A stretch of DNA of 64,000 nt from Eledone cirrhosa (taxonomy: Eukaryota), in assembly GCA_964016885.1 (NCBI GenBank), contig OZ024750.1, positions 31,930,001 through 31,994,000 of the forward strand, given 5' to 3'. Shown here piece after piece: positions 16,452 to 30,765 of the stretch (its first letter is position 1; each line of letters opens with the position of its first letter). The translations under genes were made by a program, and so were the position numbers. Under the pieces are notes generated by a model that had not been told where the DNA came from, did not search any database, and saw nothing but the letters and a program-made list of their open reading frames with translations.

Positions 16452-17310
16452 ATATATATATATATATTGTTATATTTGGGGAGGGTCATATTGTTATAAT
16501 ATTGCCAGACATAATACGATTTCATATAGTAAAGTAAAATGACAGTAGGCCAGACAGGTTGAATTTCCTTGCCGCCGAGGTTGACTTTGCCTTTCATCAT
16601 TACGCGGTCGATAAAATAAAGTACCAATAATGCACTGGGTTATTGCTGGCCTTGTGCCTAAAGTAGAAACAATTATTTATTTCTGCAAATAAAGGTGTGG
16701 TGGATTGACAGTATCGGTAGAGGGTCGGACACCATTCTTTCCAGCATAGAGTTACGCTCCTCTGCGGTCTGAGTTCAAATCCTGCCGAGGTTAACTTTGC
16801 CTTTCATCTTTACGGGGTCGATAAAATAAAGTACTTTATGGGATCGCTAAAATAATACACTGGGATAATTGCTGGCCTTGTGCAAAAAGTAGAAACATTT
16901 ATTTATTTCTGCAAACACTGTGCACATTTTAATGGCCAGCTTGCGTAAGAGCCCGGTGACATCTTCAGTTGTAAATTGCATAATAGTTGTATACCAAAGC
17001 AAAGAAAAAAAAACAGAGAAGAAAAAAGTGATTTTATTTTTTGACCCGGAGACGATCGCAGCAGCCTGTTGTTATTATGCCTCGCGGTCCCTGTGTGATT
17101 ATCTTCAGATCTTTCCTGTTAGTTTATTAAGTGCGTAGGAGGATGCACTGCTTATTGCGTGAATGGTATTCATGGGAGTAAAATATATAAAATATAAAAT
17201 ATAGGAATAGAAAATAATAAATAAGGTGTAACAATTAAACAAATAAACAGCAAAGCTTAAAAAACAATAAAGTTTAAAATCAGTGAAGTTTTAAGATTAT
17301 GTTTAAAAAC

Positions 17311-17427
<117 letters not shown>

Positions 17428-17429
17428 TA

Positions 17430-18182
17430 ATATGTTCAAAGCCATCCTCAGCATTCTCGTGTAGCACCGATCCACCATTTGAGTGAGTTTCTTGGTCAGT
17501 GTCCAGGTCTCAGACCCCTACAGCAGCACAGACTCCACTACAGCAATGAAGAGGCGGATTTTCAGGTATTTACGAAGGTCAGACTTCCACACCGATCTCA
17601 AGCTGTGGCACATCGCCCATGCTTTGCCCTTCCTCTCAAGCACATCATCTTCCGTATCCCCAATTATGCTCCCAAATACAGGAAGTCCTCAACCAATTCT
17701 AGGGGCTTCCCGCCTACATTAGTGATCCCCTATGGCTTCTCAACATTCTCTACCAGATAATTTGTTTTAGTCTCATTCATTCTCAGCGCCACACTCATCG
17801 ACACAGTCTCAACCTCCTGCATCAAATACTCTGCCTCCTTCACTGTATTTATCACCAAAACATTAATCAGTATACACTGAGGATGAAAAACTCAGAGCTG
17901 TATGGGAGCCTCCCAAAAATCAGCTCAATAGTGACACAGAGGAGATTGTGGTTAGCTTGACATGCTCACCGACATCCAGAGTTGACATTGCACTCAGTGC
18001 TCCTTTGGGAGCCCCTACATGGACACACTAGAAGGGCAAGACCAAGGTTAACGTATGTTGATGCCCTAAGAAATAGACACTGGTCTGTTGGAGACGCAGT
18101 ACATGGCAGCGATAATGAGGGATAGAGACCGCTGGAGACAACTCGTCCATGGATCTCGGGAATGTTACCCGCCCTAGCAAAA
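17430..18182 (+). pseudogene. 5'-truncated RTE/RTE-X-like LINE with its 5' half inverted
   Basis: Minus strand 17860->17430 encodes ...VEDFLYLGA...[43 protein letters not shown]; plus strand from about 17859 continues NINQYTLRMKNSELYGSLPKISSIVTQRRLWLA*HAHRHPEL...VLLWEPLHGHTRRARPRLTYVD. Confidence 0.85.
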
Positions 18183-18539
18183 TATATATGTATATATATA
18201 TATATTATATATATATATATGGGATAACAAGTTATCGTTATAGGTAATCCAGTTAGAGGCTGTGAGTATTCTGTATTGTGGATAGTTCTAACGTACGGCG
18301 TTTTTTGACTCAACAAGAGGTTTCCATAGTTAGGTAGCGATTACGCTAGAATTCTATGCAGGTTATTCTTGGAGTAATAATAGTGAAAGATGTTCAAAAT
18401 GGGTTTTATTTCTATTATTAACAATTGTTTCCAATGTAAAGTGAAATGGAGTGGTCCAATCGTCAATCGGCAAATCCGAACGTCTTCTTTTGCATGAGAT
18501 AAGCATTGAGCAATCGGATCTTTCGTGGCTTTACATACA

Positions 18540-18723
<184 letters not shown>

Positions 18724-18773
18724 TAATGAAATGACAGGAGGCTCGACTTGTGTAAATCCTTGAAAGGTTTATT

Positions 18774-18831
18774 ATACTATGATCATTTCAATGACCGGGT
18801 TCCGTATGAATCCGGTGATATAATCAGGTAT
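18774..18831 (-). ncRNA. Degenerate type I hammerhead motif (G8 to T)
   Basis: Reverse strand: atac-CTGATTA-tatcaccgg...ccggtcatt-GAAA-tgatca-TA-gtat. Confidence 0.55.
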
Positions 18832-19066
18832 TCGAAATATAATAAGTGAATGTAATAGATATTTTGTCTGAGTATGAATTGTAATTATGAAAAATGAGAC
18901 TTCGATATATGAAACATAGAGGTATCTTGTGTTTCATAATACAAATCACAGATTTGGTATTCAGATTTTCATACATACACACACACAAACGCACGCGCTC
19001 ACACACACACACGCACACACACAGACATACACACATATATATATACATATATACACACGTATATAC

Positions 19067-19160
<94 letters not shown>

Positions 19161-20116
19161 GTACACCTATATATGTATATATATACTTTACACATATATG
19201 TATGTGTGTATGTATGTATCTATGTGTGTATATGTCTGTGTACATATATATTGTATGTGCATCAATAAAACCGGTCATATTTATATATTAAGTTCATACA
19301 TAAACAAATTTATTTCAGATGGAATGCGTCTAATTATCTTAATTATGAGAGGATTTCAGCTGAATATTAGTAGCCAAAATAAAACCGTCAGTTATATAAT
19401 ATAGCAGGTAAACTCATCATGTTTACATCAACATAGTGTCTATTTTAAGCTATGTACATGCACCTGAGAAAATTAAGTGTATTTGTTAAGTATCTACGTT
19501 ATTCCTATATGTTTGACATTTTTAAATATCGTTGTCATTTGCAGTAATGTAACAGCATAATTAAATGTCATGCTAGGCTCAAATATTATTCATGTTTGAC
19601 AAACGCCATTGTTCTTGTGATAGAATGAATAAAAGCCATTTGCACTTTAGCTGTTGGCTAAGAATATTCACAACTTCACTAATCTTTCTGTTGATTGTGA
19701 AAGTGTAGCATAACATGTGAAATGACACGAGAAATATCACTAAAAGATGAATTCTAAGTTATTCCTGAGAAATATTTATTTTCGATTGCTTTGTTGTTTA
19801 TGATCGAAGAAAATGTCAAAAGATGTTAACATATATATCACCACTAAGTTAAATGTTTTAGAAAGTCCATCATTCTTTCAGTGCTACCTCTATATAACAA
19901 TCAAGCTGATGGGAAACAAATCAAGATTGGCTACTAATATATCAAGATCAGAAGGTACATATATAATTAAGAAAGCAAGTTGAAGCAGCTTTTTTCTGAT
20001 TAAATACATAAATCTGTGATTGCAACATAGAAAGCAAAAATATAATATATGATCCTATTTAACAAAAATGATCTTCCTTTCCTGATGAAGAAAAAATATT
20101 TTATATGCAATATAGT

Positions 20117-20154
<38 letters not shown>

Positions 20155-20337
20155 TATATATATATGTATGTATATATGTATATACATATATATATATGTA
20201 TATATATATGTGTGTGTGTGTGTTAAGTAATTCCGAAGGAAGAGCAAAGGAAAAAAGAGTGCTCCATGTATCGTCTGTGATCCAGAAACCTTTTTTAATG
20301 GAGTAGTGTGTTGTGTTGATAAATGTTGTGTTAATAA

Positions 20338-20396
<59 letters not shown>

Positions 20397-20438
20397 ATGA
20401 TATTAAATAAATGGAAACTATATTTATAAAGCCATATT

Positions 20439-20500
20439 TATTCTATTATATATATTTCAAGGGTACTAAACATTTTTGTACGCGATCATCAGATAAAATA
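20439..20500 (-). ncRNA. Type I hammerhead motif (family H1)
   Basis: Reverse strand: tattttat-CTGATGA-tcgcgtac...gtaccctt-GAAA-tatata-TA-atagaata; base of stem II degraded. Confidence 0.7.
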
Positions 20501-20536
20501 TAAAATGTTTTATAAATATATGAGATGGCCATTCTG

Positions 20537-20669
20537 TAATGGCGTTATTCTGTAGAGCATTTTGACACCGCGAGACGTGCACTTAATTTCTGTTTGGACA
20601 TAAACTTCCGGATTATTCTAGTTTCTCAAGATCTTGTTACAAATTAACGGTTCAAGTTATTCCTGGAAA

Positions 20670-20709
<40 letters not shown>

Positions 20710-20999
20710 CATGTTGCTTACAAGTGATATTAAGTAGGACTCGATATTTTAAGTAAAAAACGTAATCAACGATGTAAATTTTAGTAGATATTTATTGATA
20801 TGCTGATGTCTTGCTTCACCCTATTCTCGTTATTTCAAATGTCAGGATGGAAGGCATTGGTCAATCGCCATTCATCTGATTATCTCCAACAATAATGGCG
20901 TTATTCTGTAGAGCATTTTGACACCGCGAGACGTGCACTTAATTTCTGTTTGGACATAAACTTCCGGATTATTCTAGTTTCTCAAGATCTTGTTACAAA
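20537..20999 (+). repeat. About 107-bp direct repeat, 2 copies (20537-20643, 20893-20999)
   Basis: taatggcgttattctgtagagc...caagatcttgttacaaa appears identical in both copies. Confidence 0.9.
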
Positions 21000-22277
21000 A
21001 TAAGGGGCTGTTTACCCTTTCATCGTTTATTCAGGCATTTTTGTTGTCGCATCACAGCGACGTTCTACGTTTTGTTAGCATACAACTTTTCCCCGATATA
21101 CATATTTGGTATTATTTGCTTTTGTTCATATATCACACACAGTTCTGTGTATTTGATGTTAAAATTATCAAGATATTGCTTCTATAAATATCTTATATTA
21201 TGGGATAATTCGTTTGCGCATCCCGTATTTTCGTTAACAATTAAAAAAAAAATTAAATCGTTATTTCATGGCACCGAAGCAATTCCAACGTAGAAACGTC
21301 ATTAAAAACACACAAAAAGTTGTTAAATTCACTTAACATTTATAATTTAGTTCGTGGTCTGCAAAACGTTGTGGCTCTCCTTACAACCTGGTCATTGACA
21401 ATTTCTGATAAATCACTAAAAGTCCATTCATTTTGCTGTGGGTCATTATTCATAATTCAGTGCTGATCACGTTGATTTCAGACATATGTATCTTTCTGCA
21501 TTTATGAAAGTGATGTTTTATGAGCGAGGAGTTTGGCTACACATTCTAGAAATCCAAGCAACCACTTAGAAACCACCTCTTGTATTTTTTTTCTTTTATG
21601 ACTGAAAAGCCATTTGATTCTGATGCCCTTTATAATTATTTATGGTGGCAATTTAATTAAAGAATGCATCTGGTGTATTAAATCTGCCGCCTAGACTGAT
21701 TTATATACATTCTACTGTCTACATATGGATGAGAAACAATGCTGACTTTATAAGATTTGAAAATATAACTGTGATAGATCGATATTTATTAAAACCTACA
21801 AGACTATTTGGTGAAGTTCACTTAACTCCGAGAAACAAAAACAAAAACTACTACATATTGCAGCGTAATTTCAAATAAAGTAAAACAATAACCATTCTAA
21901 TTATATATATATTTTTTTTAATACATATCAAATTTAGAGGTTCGTGGGAGGATTTTCGTATAAATTTCATTGTATGTGTTTAATCATGTCTGCAATGGTT
22001 TCATCTCTCCATATTTAATATACAAGCTTCGAGCTGCTTAGTATGCATATATATCAGTTAAATGAAAAAAGTGAAATTTAATAATCAAATAGAAATTGGA
22101 AATTCTGAGTGAATATGGTAATAGTTATGAACATGGTAATAACTCTGCGCAAACATAATCAATTTTGAATAGAACATCTAAATGAACTACTAGCAGCAGT
22201 TTTCCATCATAAATAGATTTATAAATGAAGCGTAACTAATATGGTAATAAATCGTTCAACATGTTTCGGAATGCGAA

Positions 22278-22740
22278 AATTGTTATTATGATATTTGCTT
22301 AGAGGATAAGGTAATATAATTGTTATGATAAGAGGTGATAATTGTTATGATATTAGTTTAGAGGATAAGATAAGATTATTGTTATACTAATTTAGAAGAG
22401 GAAATGTGATAACTGTTATATATTAGACATGATGGTCAGGTGATATAATTGATTTTATGATATTAATTTAGAAGATAAGATTTAATAATTTTAATGATAT
22501 CAAACATGATTTTGAGGTGACATAATTGCTATTATGATATTAGTTTAGAAGAGAAGATGAGATAATTGTGACGATATTAGTCTTAATGATGAGATAACAT
22601 ATTGATATTATGGTATTAGTCTTTGTTAAGAAACGATAATTACAATTATGATATTAGTCTAAATCTATCGATAAGACAATTGTTATCATATTCGTTTAGA
22701 TGTTAAGATAAAATAGTTGGTATTATGATATTACCAATTA
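22278..22740 (+). repeat. Degenerate minisatellite, unit about 35-40 bp
   Basis: Recurrent aattgttat(tat)gatattagtttagaggataagat-like units. Confidence 0.75.
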
Positions 22741-22755
22741 TATATATATATATCC

Positions 22756-22843
<88 letters not shown>

Positions 22844-22855
22844 GTATATGTATAT

Positions 22856-22895
<40 letters not shown>

Positions 22896-22907
22896 GCACA
22901 GACACAT

Positions 22908-22944
<37 letters not shown>

Positions 22945-24594
22945 TAGTGCCAGACGTCGTCCCGATTCTTTTACATGAACTAATCTGCTTATTTAATGAT
23001 TACATATTTAATTTCGTATGTAGCAAACCTCCGGGTTACCAGCTTAGAATATAATTTATATTCCCACCTCATAATTGATATTTTAACTTCGTTAAGAATA
23101 AATTCCAGTATATTCCGTGGCATTGCCTCATATGTTACTAATTTCATATGTAGTAATAATATAATATTAATGACAGTATTTACTATGCTACTCATATTTA
23201 TTGATCTCAATTTATTGAAAAGCAACTTTTAAATAAGTGACTTATATGTTAGAACTTAAGACATATTACATTTTTTTACAGAGTAAATGCCACAAGGTAT
23301 TTTCACATATCTCGTGGTAGTGCACGCAAATATATACACACATAATGGAATGGCCACACGTATACTGGCGAGAAGTCAAGAGTAATTCTGTGACTCAAAA
23401 TTTAAACAATATTTCTAAGTATACGAGCTGCAGATTTTCACTGAATATTGTCTATTTCTGTTGTTGAAATCAGCTATGTATAGACTGTCGTATCGGACGT
23501 GATTCGCATACAAACAAAACTGTTTCTCTTTTTTTTCTTCTTTAAATTAAACTCATTTACACCGCTGCATATTCTATCAATTGTTTGTCAACATATTAAT
23601 GGAATAGACACGAAATATAATGCTGAATAAGATTGTTAAATATCCATAATTGGTAGCGCTGCAATTCAGTATGAATTCCTACGATTGTTAATGTAGTGTT
23701 TCACCTCTAAGGAGAGGTCAAGAAAAGTTTATTTCTCATAACGAAAAAGAAATATTATTATACATACAGAGAGCAACTCAAGCAAATATTTGTAAATTAA
23801 AGTTAATGAGATGTTTCACACAAAACATGTTTGGAGACACATTATTTTTATGCTGTTACATAATTAAATATCTTCTAAATGTCGACATATATACATAAAT
23901 CTGAGCGTTAGTTCTCAGTATCTCTTTATATTGGAGACATTCTTATATGAAACATGGAAATACAGCTGAGTAATTAATTCTATTTCTATATCCAGAAATA
24001 CTTTTCAATGCTTAAGTAAAGTATTGTATTGTTAAAGACACCGAATGCGATACGATATAATATATAATTATAATATATAATTATAATATATAATTCATTA
24101 ATAATTTCATTTCTCATTATATAAAATGTAAAATATTTATTCCTTTAGATCTGCAATGTAATACTTTCTTGAGAGAAGTCTGGTGGGAAGGTTTAACACG
24201 TGGTGTTAACTTTTGTCTTGCATTACATTCATTACTAATTAAATATGAATGAGTAGTTGGATTCTGAAATAAAGGATACTTATATATATGTATGTATGTA
24301 TGTATGTATATATGTATGTATGTATGTGCAAGACATTTTAGATAATTGGCTGGGCTAAAAATCCACATTCGATCGCAGCGCTGTTAGTTGCTATCGTGTG
24401 TGTGTGTGTGTAGATATGCTTATGTGTGTGCGTGTGTGTGTATATATATATGTATATGTATATTATTATTGTTGTTGTCGTTATTATTATTGTTGTTATT
24501 ATTATTATTATTATTATTGTTATTAATGTATGTGTGTGTGTATGTGTGTGTGTGTGAGTATGTGTGTGTGAGTGTGTGTGTGTGTGTATATATG

Positions 24595-24631
<37 letters not shown>

Positions 24632-24782
24632 CTTTTTTTATTTTCTTTTTATTTATTTATTATTATTTATTTTTTTCTTTCTCCTCGTGTAATGGCCATA
24701 CTCGATAACGAGGGGGCAGCCATCATCATCTATGTATGTATGTATTTATGTATGTATGTATGTATATATATATATATATATG

Positions 24783-24860
<78 letters not shown>

Positions 24861-24993
24861 AGTATCCTTCATTTCAGAATCAAACATCTCTGCCCTCAGG
24901 TTCCTGAACTTTTCCCTATTACCCACTCTATTACCCAAAGTACCGAGTACTCTAGTGCGTTATGGTCCACCTGGTTCCTTACCACACTTACTT

Positions 24994-25033
<40 letters not shown>

Positions 25034-25051
25034 AGAGAGAGAGGGAGAGAG

Positions 25052-25432
25052 AGAATAGAAAACGAAAAGTCAGTGATGCATCTGAACTCAATTTATTGTG
25101 TGTTACAATTGTTTCGCCGACGGACAGCTCGAGGCGCAATCATTTTGTGGATCTGTCGGATTCTGGACCCGTAAGTTTGACGGACACATCTAATTATTTC
25201 GGAGCATATTCTCTCACTAGGATCTCTCTCAGGGATCTGTCACAGAATCAGACAGATCCATACAAAATCGCGTCTCGAGCTGTCCTCCGGCCAAACAATT
25301 GTAACACACAAAAGATTGAGTTCAGATGCATCATTGATTTTTCGTTTTCTATTCTATCATACTCTGCTCTGTAAGAGCATAGAGTGCTCGACCGGCATAT
25401 CGCCTATGGAAGCATCTTAGCTACCATCAGAC
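25052..25432. mobile_element. Inverted-arm PLE-end mini-element with 3' half of an HHR
   Basis: Arms 25052-25173 and 25244-25355; the left arm reversed reads ggcGAAACaattGTAacacac; tail with hairpin tactctgctct-gta-agagcatagagtg. Confidence 0.65.
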
Positions 25433-25469
25433 ACATACACATACACACACACACATATATATATATATA

Positions 25470-28218
25470 ATAGTAGAATACTGCTGGGTTATGTACGTAA
25501 TAGTAGAGCACTCATTCCATGGGACGAGTTTGGTAGAAGTAGTTCCACAGCAGTCTCACCTAAAGATGGAGCGGTATGTATGTCCTATGGGGAAGTGTCT
25601 ATCTAAGAGAGCTAAACATTTTTTACCTGCATTAGTTTTAACATTGAGTGAGAAGTGGTGGGGGACTAAATTATTTTTCTATTAGCATGATTTATTTCCC
25701 TATTGTTGGCGTTCCCTATTGTTGGCGTTAATATTGGTTGCGAGAAGCCGCCGTTAGCTAACGCCGCGTTGTAGGAGGGTGCCGCTCTGTCAAACATTGT
25801 TTTATTAGAAGAGTGGTTAGAGATTCTAGTGCCGATATTTCTCACTGCATTACTCTCTGAAGAATATTCCCACTCCGCCCAACCATGTTTACTCAATACG
25901 ACTGCTTCAGAAAGCAGATGTTAAACGCTTAAGATGGTAAGCCTTAGGCTTTAGTCGCTAACATTTCCTTTCGCAAACTCTCTAGCAAACAAACTTAGAA
26001 ATGACATTAAGAAATGTATGTCTTCTACTAATACTTTCGTCTTTTTTGACAAAACTAATAACATTTACGAAGGTGATAATATTACATACAACCACTTGGC
26101 ACGAAACACTATGACTTCTAAATATAAAAAGGCTGCCCCCATGGCCTACCACGACATCAATACGGAAGACAAGCACCTAGCCTCGATCCTTAAGGTAAAT
26201 AAGACACTCCAATGCTTTCTCACCCTTAAAGATCACTAGGTAGACTTTGCTTCTAATCCCATGTGTTTGTGTGTGACAGCTCACACCTTTGCAGGTTTAG
26301 CTGGCCTCCTCCAAGGTATATCTCGTTGGAGGTCTCTTGGGTGATTTAATGATAGGGACCCCAGTCCTATCATCTCATTTCTACAGCTGAGTAAACTGGA
26401 GCAACGTGAAATAAAGTGTCTTGCTGAAGGAAACAACACATCACCCGGTCCGAGAATTGAACTCACAACCTTTCGATTGCAAGCCCAATGCTCTAACCAC
26501 TAAGCCATGCGCCTTCACAATCCCATGTGTAGACTACTGAATCCGGCACGCACGGAGATTGGGCTAGTCAATAAGGTTATACTTAGGAATATAGTTAAGA
26601 GTAGTAGGACTAAGTCCGACCTGTCGCAGTGGGAGGACAGTGAGTCTGTCATTAAGTGGTTTAACACTTTCAGCTAAAAAAATAAAATAAAACGAAATTC
26701 ACTCAGTTCGACATTGTAGATGTTTACCCATCGACCTCGACGACCCTGTTGAACAAAACGTTGTACTTTACCACCACTTACACAGCCGTTAATGATTTAG
26801 ACAGGATTATCATTGCACATTGCCTGACAACCCTCCTCTTCAAAGTCGGAGTAGCCTGTACAAAGAAGTCAACTACTTCAGAACTATTCGACGTATTAAT
26901 AGAATCATTCGACAGTGCTGATGTATGCGACTTAGTTGGCTTATTTATTTTAGATACGTTACGAACTAGATTACCCGATTTCCACACGGGCCTATACCAC
27001 GACGAAGTTCTGACAATATCGAGCCATAAAAGAGGTCATGACCTGGACTATTTTACAAAAGGTTTAATTACTACTTTTAATGAGTTAGGAGTTAGGATAA
27101 CAGTTGCTACTAATCTTTCTAGCGTAGATTACTTAGACATAAATTTAGATCTTCACACACACATTTTAGACCCTTCCATAAACTAAACGAAAAACTAAAT
27201 TACATACACAAGGACTAATGCCACCCGCCAACAGTTTTTAGAAACTTTGTGAAAAATATCGGCCCTATAATCTCTAACCCCTCTTCTAATGAAGCAATCT
27301 TTGACAGAACAGCATCCTTGTACACCGCAGCTTTAGCTAACAGCGGCTTCTCGCAACCACTACTAACGCCAACAACAATAGGAAAAGAGATCGTGCTAAT
27401 AGAAAAATAATTTGATTCTGACACACGCCACACCTTCTGACTTAACGTTAAAACTAATGTAGGTAAAAGATATTTAGCTCTCTTAGATACACACACCACC
27501 ATAGGTCATAGATACGGCTCCATCTTTAACAGGCACACGGGATGCTCTTACTGAGGGCATGAAGCTTGTCCCCTTCAACAACAATGTAACACACCCGCTA
27601 TAATTTACGAAGCTGTGGTCACCTCTAACCGACCAAATCAACAATAAGAGGTCAAATCCTATGTAGGTATGTCAGAGGGCCTGTTTAAAGAACGCTTCCT
27701 GAATCATCAGTCGACTTTCAGATACCAGAACAAACGACTGGCCACGAAGCTCGCGAGCCAATGACACAGGCGTGGATTATTCCATTCAATGGAAAGTTAT
27801 TATTAAGTCTAAGCCATACGGAAATGGGATTCCGTCTTGTGGGCTGTGCATTGAAGAAATAATCAATAATCTGAGAAGATTGCATAATAGCGGTTGTCTA
27901 AATTCGGGGAATGATCTCTTTTCGCGTTGCACAGACATCTGGAAACACCTATTTCGTAATTACGAAGCTCCAGACTGATTAACATGAATAATCTATAATA
28001 TTCTGGACTGAATAACATGAATAATCTATTATTAGTCTTAGTCTCCACAGATGTCTCCCTGACACGGATCTAAAGTCGGTTAACTCCCCTTTGCGAAGTG
28101 ACTGTTTCTGCACGGGCGCATTCGTACATTTGTTTTTCCTTTTCCGTGCAATCTCATTTGAACCAAGCTGATGATTCAAAAAAGGTGAAACAATTGCTCT
28201 CTGAAATGGTGAACTGTA
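25470..28218 (+). pseudogene. Decayed Penelope-like element (RT + GIY-YIG) with inverted 5' segments and a nested SINE
   Basis: Fragments KRLRW, DKTNNIY, LKDH, NPMCRLLNPARTEIG, QFDIVDVYPS, SFDSADVCDLVGL, GLYHDE, DYLDINLDL, SYVGMSEGLFKERFLNHQSTF, CGLCIEE, LNSGNDLFSRC are colinear with ORF 56912-59143; stops and frameshifts; 25556-25850 is an inverted thumb-region copy. Confidence 0.9.
26267..26518 (-). mobile_element. Full-length SINE (family B) with 12-bp TSD, inserted in the PLE ORF
   Basis: AATCCCATGTGT at 26255-26266 and 26519-26530; reverse-strand head gaaggcgcatggcttagtggttagagc...gtgagttcaattctc. Confidence 0.9.
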
Positions 28219-28274
28219 TATATATGTATGTGTGTGTGCGTGTATGTAATACATGTACGTATATATATATATAT

Positions 28275-28685
28275 CTCCGGGAGAGATGACCCCTTAGCCT
28301 TTGTCAAGGCAGAATTCTAGGAGAAGGAAAACTCTGATATAACACCTGCAACTCTGATGGTATCCAATGATGTTGACTTGTTCTTCTTTTTGGTAAATAT
28401 CATCTTGGTTAAGAGAGTGGGACTGGCTTTGTGCAGTGCCTTTGCTCACTATAAAAGCTTCATGGCACAGGCATTGCTTTATATCTGGAGATCTCTCTGC
28501 ACTTGTCGTCACATGGTACCATGGGCCCAGCACTATGTGTCAATAATTGTCACAAGTGTAGTGTTTGTACCAGAGTTTTCAAGTCGCTGGCTGGACTAAA
28601 AAGTCACACTCGCTCAGTGCATCGGTAAGAGTTCTTCTACATGGATATAAAGTAGTGGCCGTACTCGAAAACGAGTTGGCAGCCA

Positions 28686-28688
<3 letters not shown>
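28275..28688 (+). mobile_element. About 415-bp non-autonomous RTE-derived element, copy 1
   Basis: RTE 5'-UTR-like ctaggagaaggaaaactctga near the start; C2H2 finger [25 protein letters not shown] and hairpin actcg-aaaa-cgagt at the end; in (TA)n. Confidence 0.7.
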
Positions 28689-28778
<90 letters not shown>

Positions 28779-29268
28779 TTATCAATATATATATATATAC
28801 ACATACACATACATACACACACACGCGTATATATATATATATATATATGCATATATATATGTATATGTATGTATTTATCTATGTGTATGTGTGTGTGTAT
28901 GTGCACGTGTCTGTTTATATAAATACGTTGGTAGTTGTGTATATGTATTTGTATATATCCTACACGCATTGGTATAGGTTCACTAATTAATGGCGGCTTT
29001 AATGTATAATTTTCGAAATCTTATTCAGGTGTGGTTTCTAAATTTGCATATAATCAACTCGTCCAGATACAGGTGTTGCAAACTTTTAAATGATTTACCA
29101 TGCAGGTATTACAATTCTAAATAAAGGTTGCTTGAACTTTAAGATATTATAAATATTAAGTATATCGAATGAATTCTGTTGAGTCAAAGTTTGAAATCTA
29201 TTGTAACTTTATTTTCATTTTATTTATACGTTTTATATATAATGATATTGTACAAATGTCGAGTGTTA

Positions 29269-29311
<43 letters not shown>

Positions 29312-29358
29312 AAGCGTGTGAATAATTATATATACATATACATATCTGTGTGTATACT

Positions 29359-29423
<65 letters not shown>

Positions 29424-29438
29424 CTATGTATATGTATG

Positions 29439-29506
<68 letters not shown>

Positions 29507-29555
29507 TATGCATACATACACACACACGCACACACGCACACGCACACACACACAC

Positions 29556-29598
<43 letters not shown>

Positions 29599-29890
29599 TA
29601 TATATATATATACACATATATACATATGTATATTGTTTTCCTCGTAAAAGGTCGTAGATGAAGTCACGCACAAAAATCAATATGTTGAATCTTTATAAAT
29701 GTACCTAATATCTTTATGTTAGACTTCTAGTGATACACACACGTCAGTGCATCATAGTATTTTCAATGGCAATCAGAAGGCTGTGAGTTCGATGTCAACA
29801 TACGAATGGCACTAGATGTTGTTTTTCTACCTAATTGTTTATGCCAGTCTAATAAATATATACATATATTCATATACATATATACATCTG

Positions 29891-29947
<57 letters not shown>

Positions 29948-30146
29948 GGAAAAGAATGAAATGAAAGTTCATTTTTCACTCTTAGTACGACTGATACTTA
30001 AATGTAATAATATATACTTATATATATATATATATGTATGTATATTATGTGTGTGTGTGTGTGTATATATATGCATGCGTCTACATATATATGTGTATAC
30101 ATACATACACACACACACACACACATATATATACACACACACACAC

Positions 30147-30226
<80 letters not shown>

Positions 30227-30734
30227 AGATGTGTATTTACATACATGCATACAAACCTTATATGTGTATGACTGTGTATATGTGTGTATTTATATGTTAT
30301 CTAACTTCCGTCACCACAACCATTTCAATCCCGATGGTTGATTACTTGCTGACCAAGTTTCTGGTGCAGGCGAGACCCGTGCCTTAGCCTGGCAGACGTA
30401 GTACGATGTCTCGCGGTGAATAAGATATGTATTTTTCACTAGTTATTTTTCCTCGTGTATTTTGTGTACAACAAATTAAAACAAATCTTAAATAACTCTT
30501 CTTTTCCTCTATTTTCATTTGGATCCCAATAATCACACAAAAAAACACACACAGACACACAGACAAAAAGACAGAAACACACACATACACAGACATACAT
30601 ACACACAAATACAGAGGCATTCTGACACGCGCTCTGACCCATAAACATACACACATGTTCGCATATATATATAGATGTATATGTATATATATGCATATAT
30701 ATATATATATATACATATATATATTCATATATAC

Positions 30735-30762
<28 letters not shown>

Positions 30763-30765
<3 letters not shown>

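Noticed and set aside
22278-22740. Regularly spaced about 35-bp repeats (also 32215-32640) as CRISPR-like arrays
   Set aside because: Degenerate tandem units without unique spacers or cas genes, in eukaryotic context.
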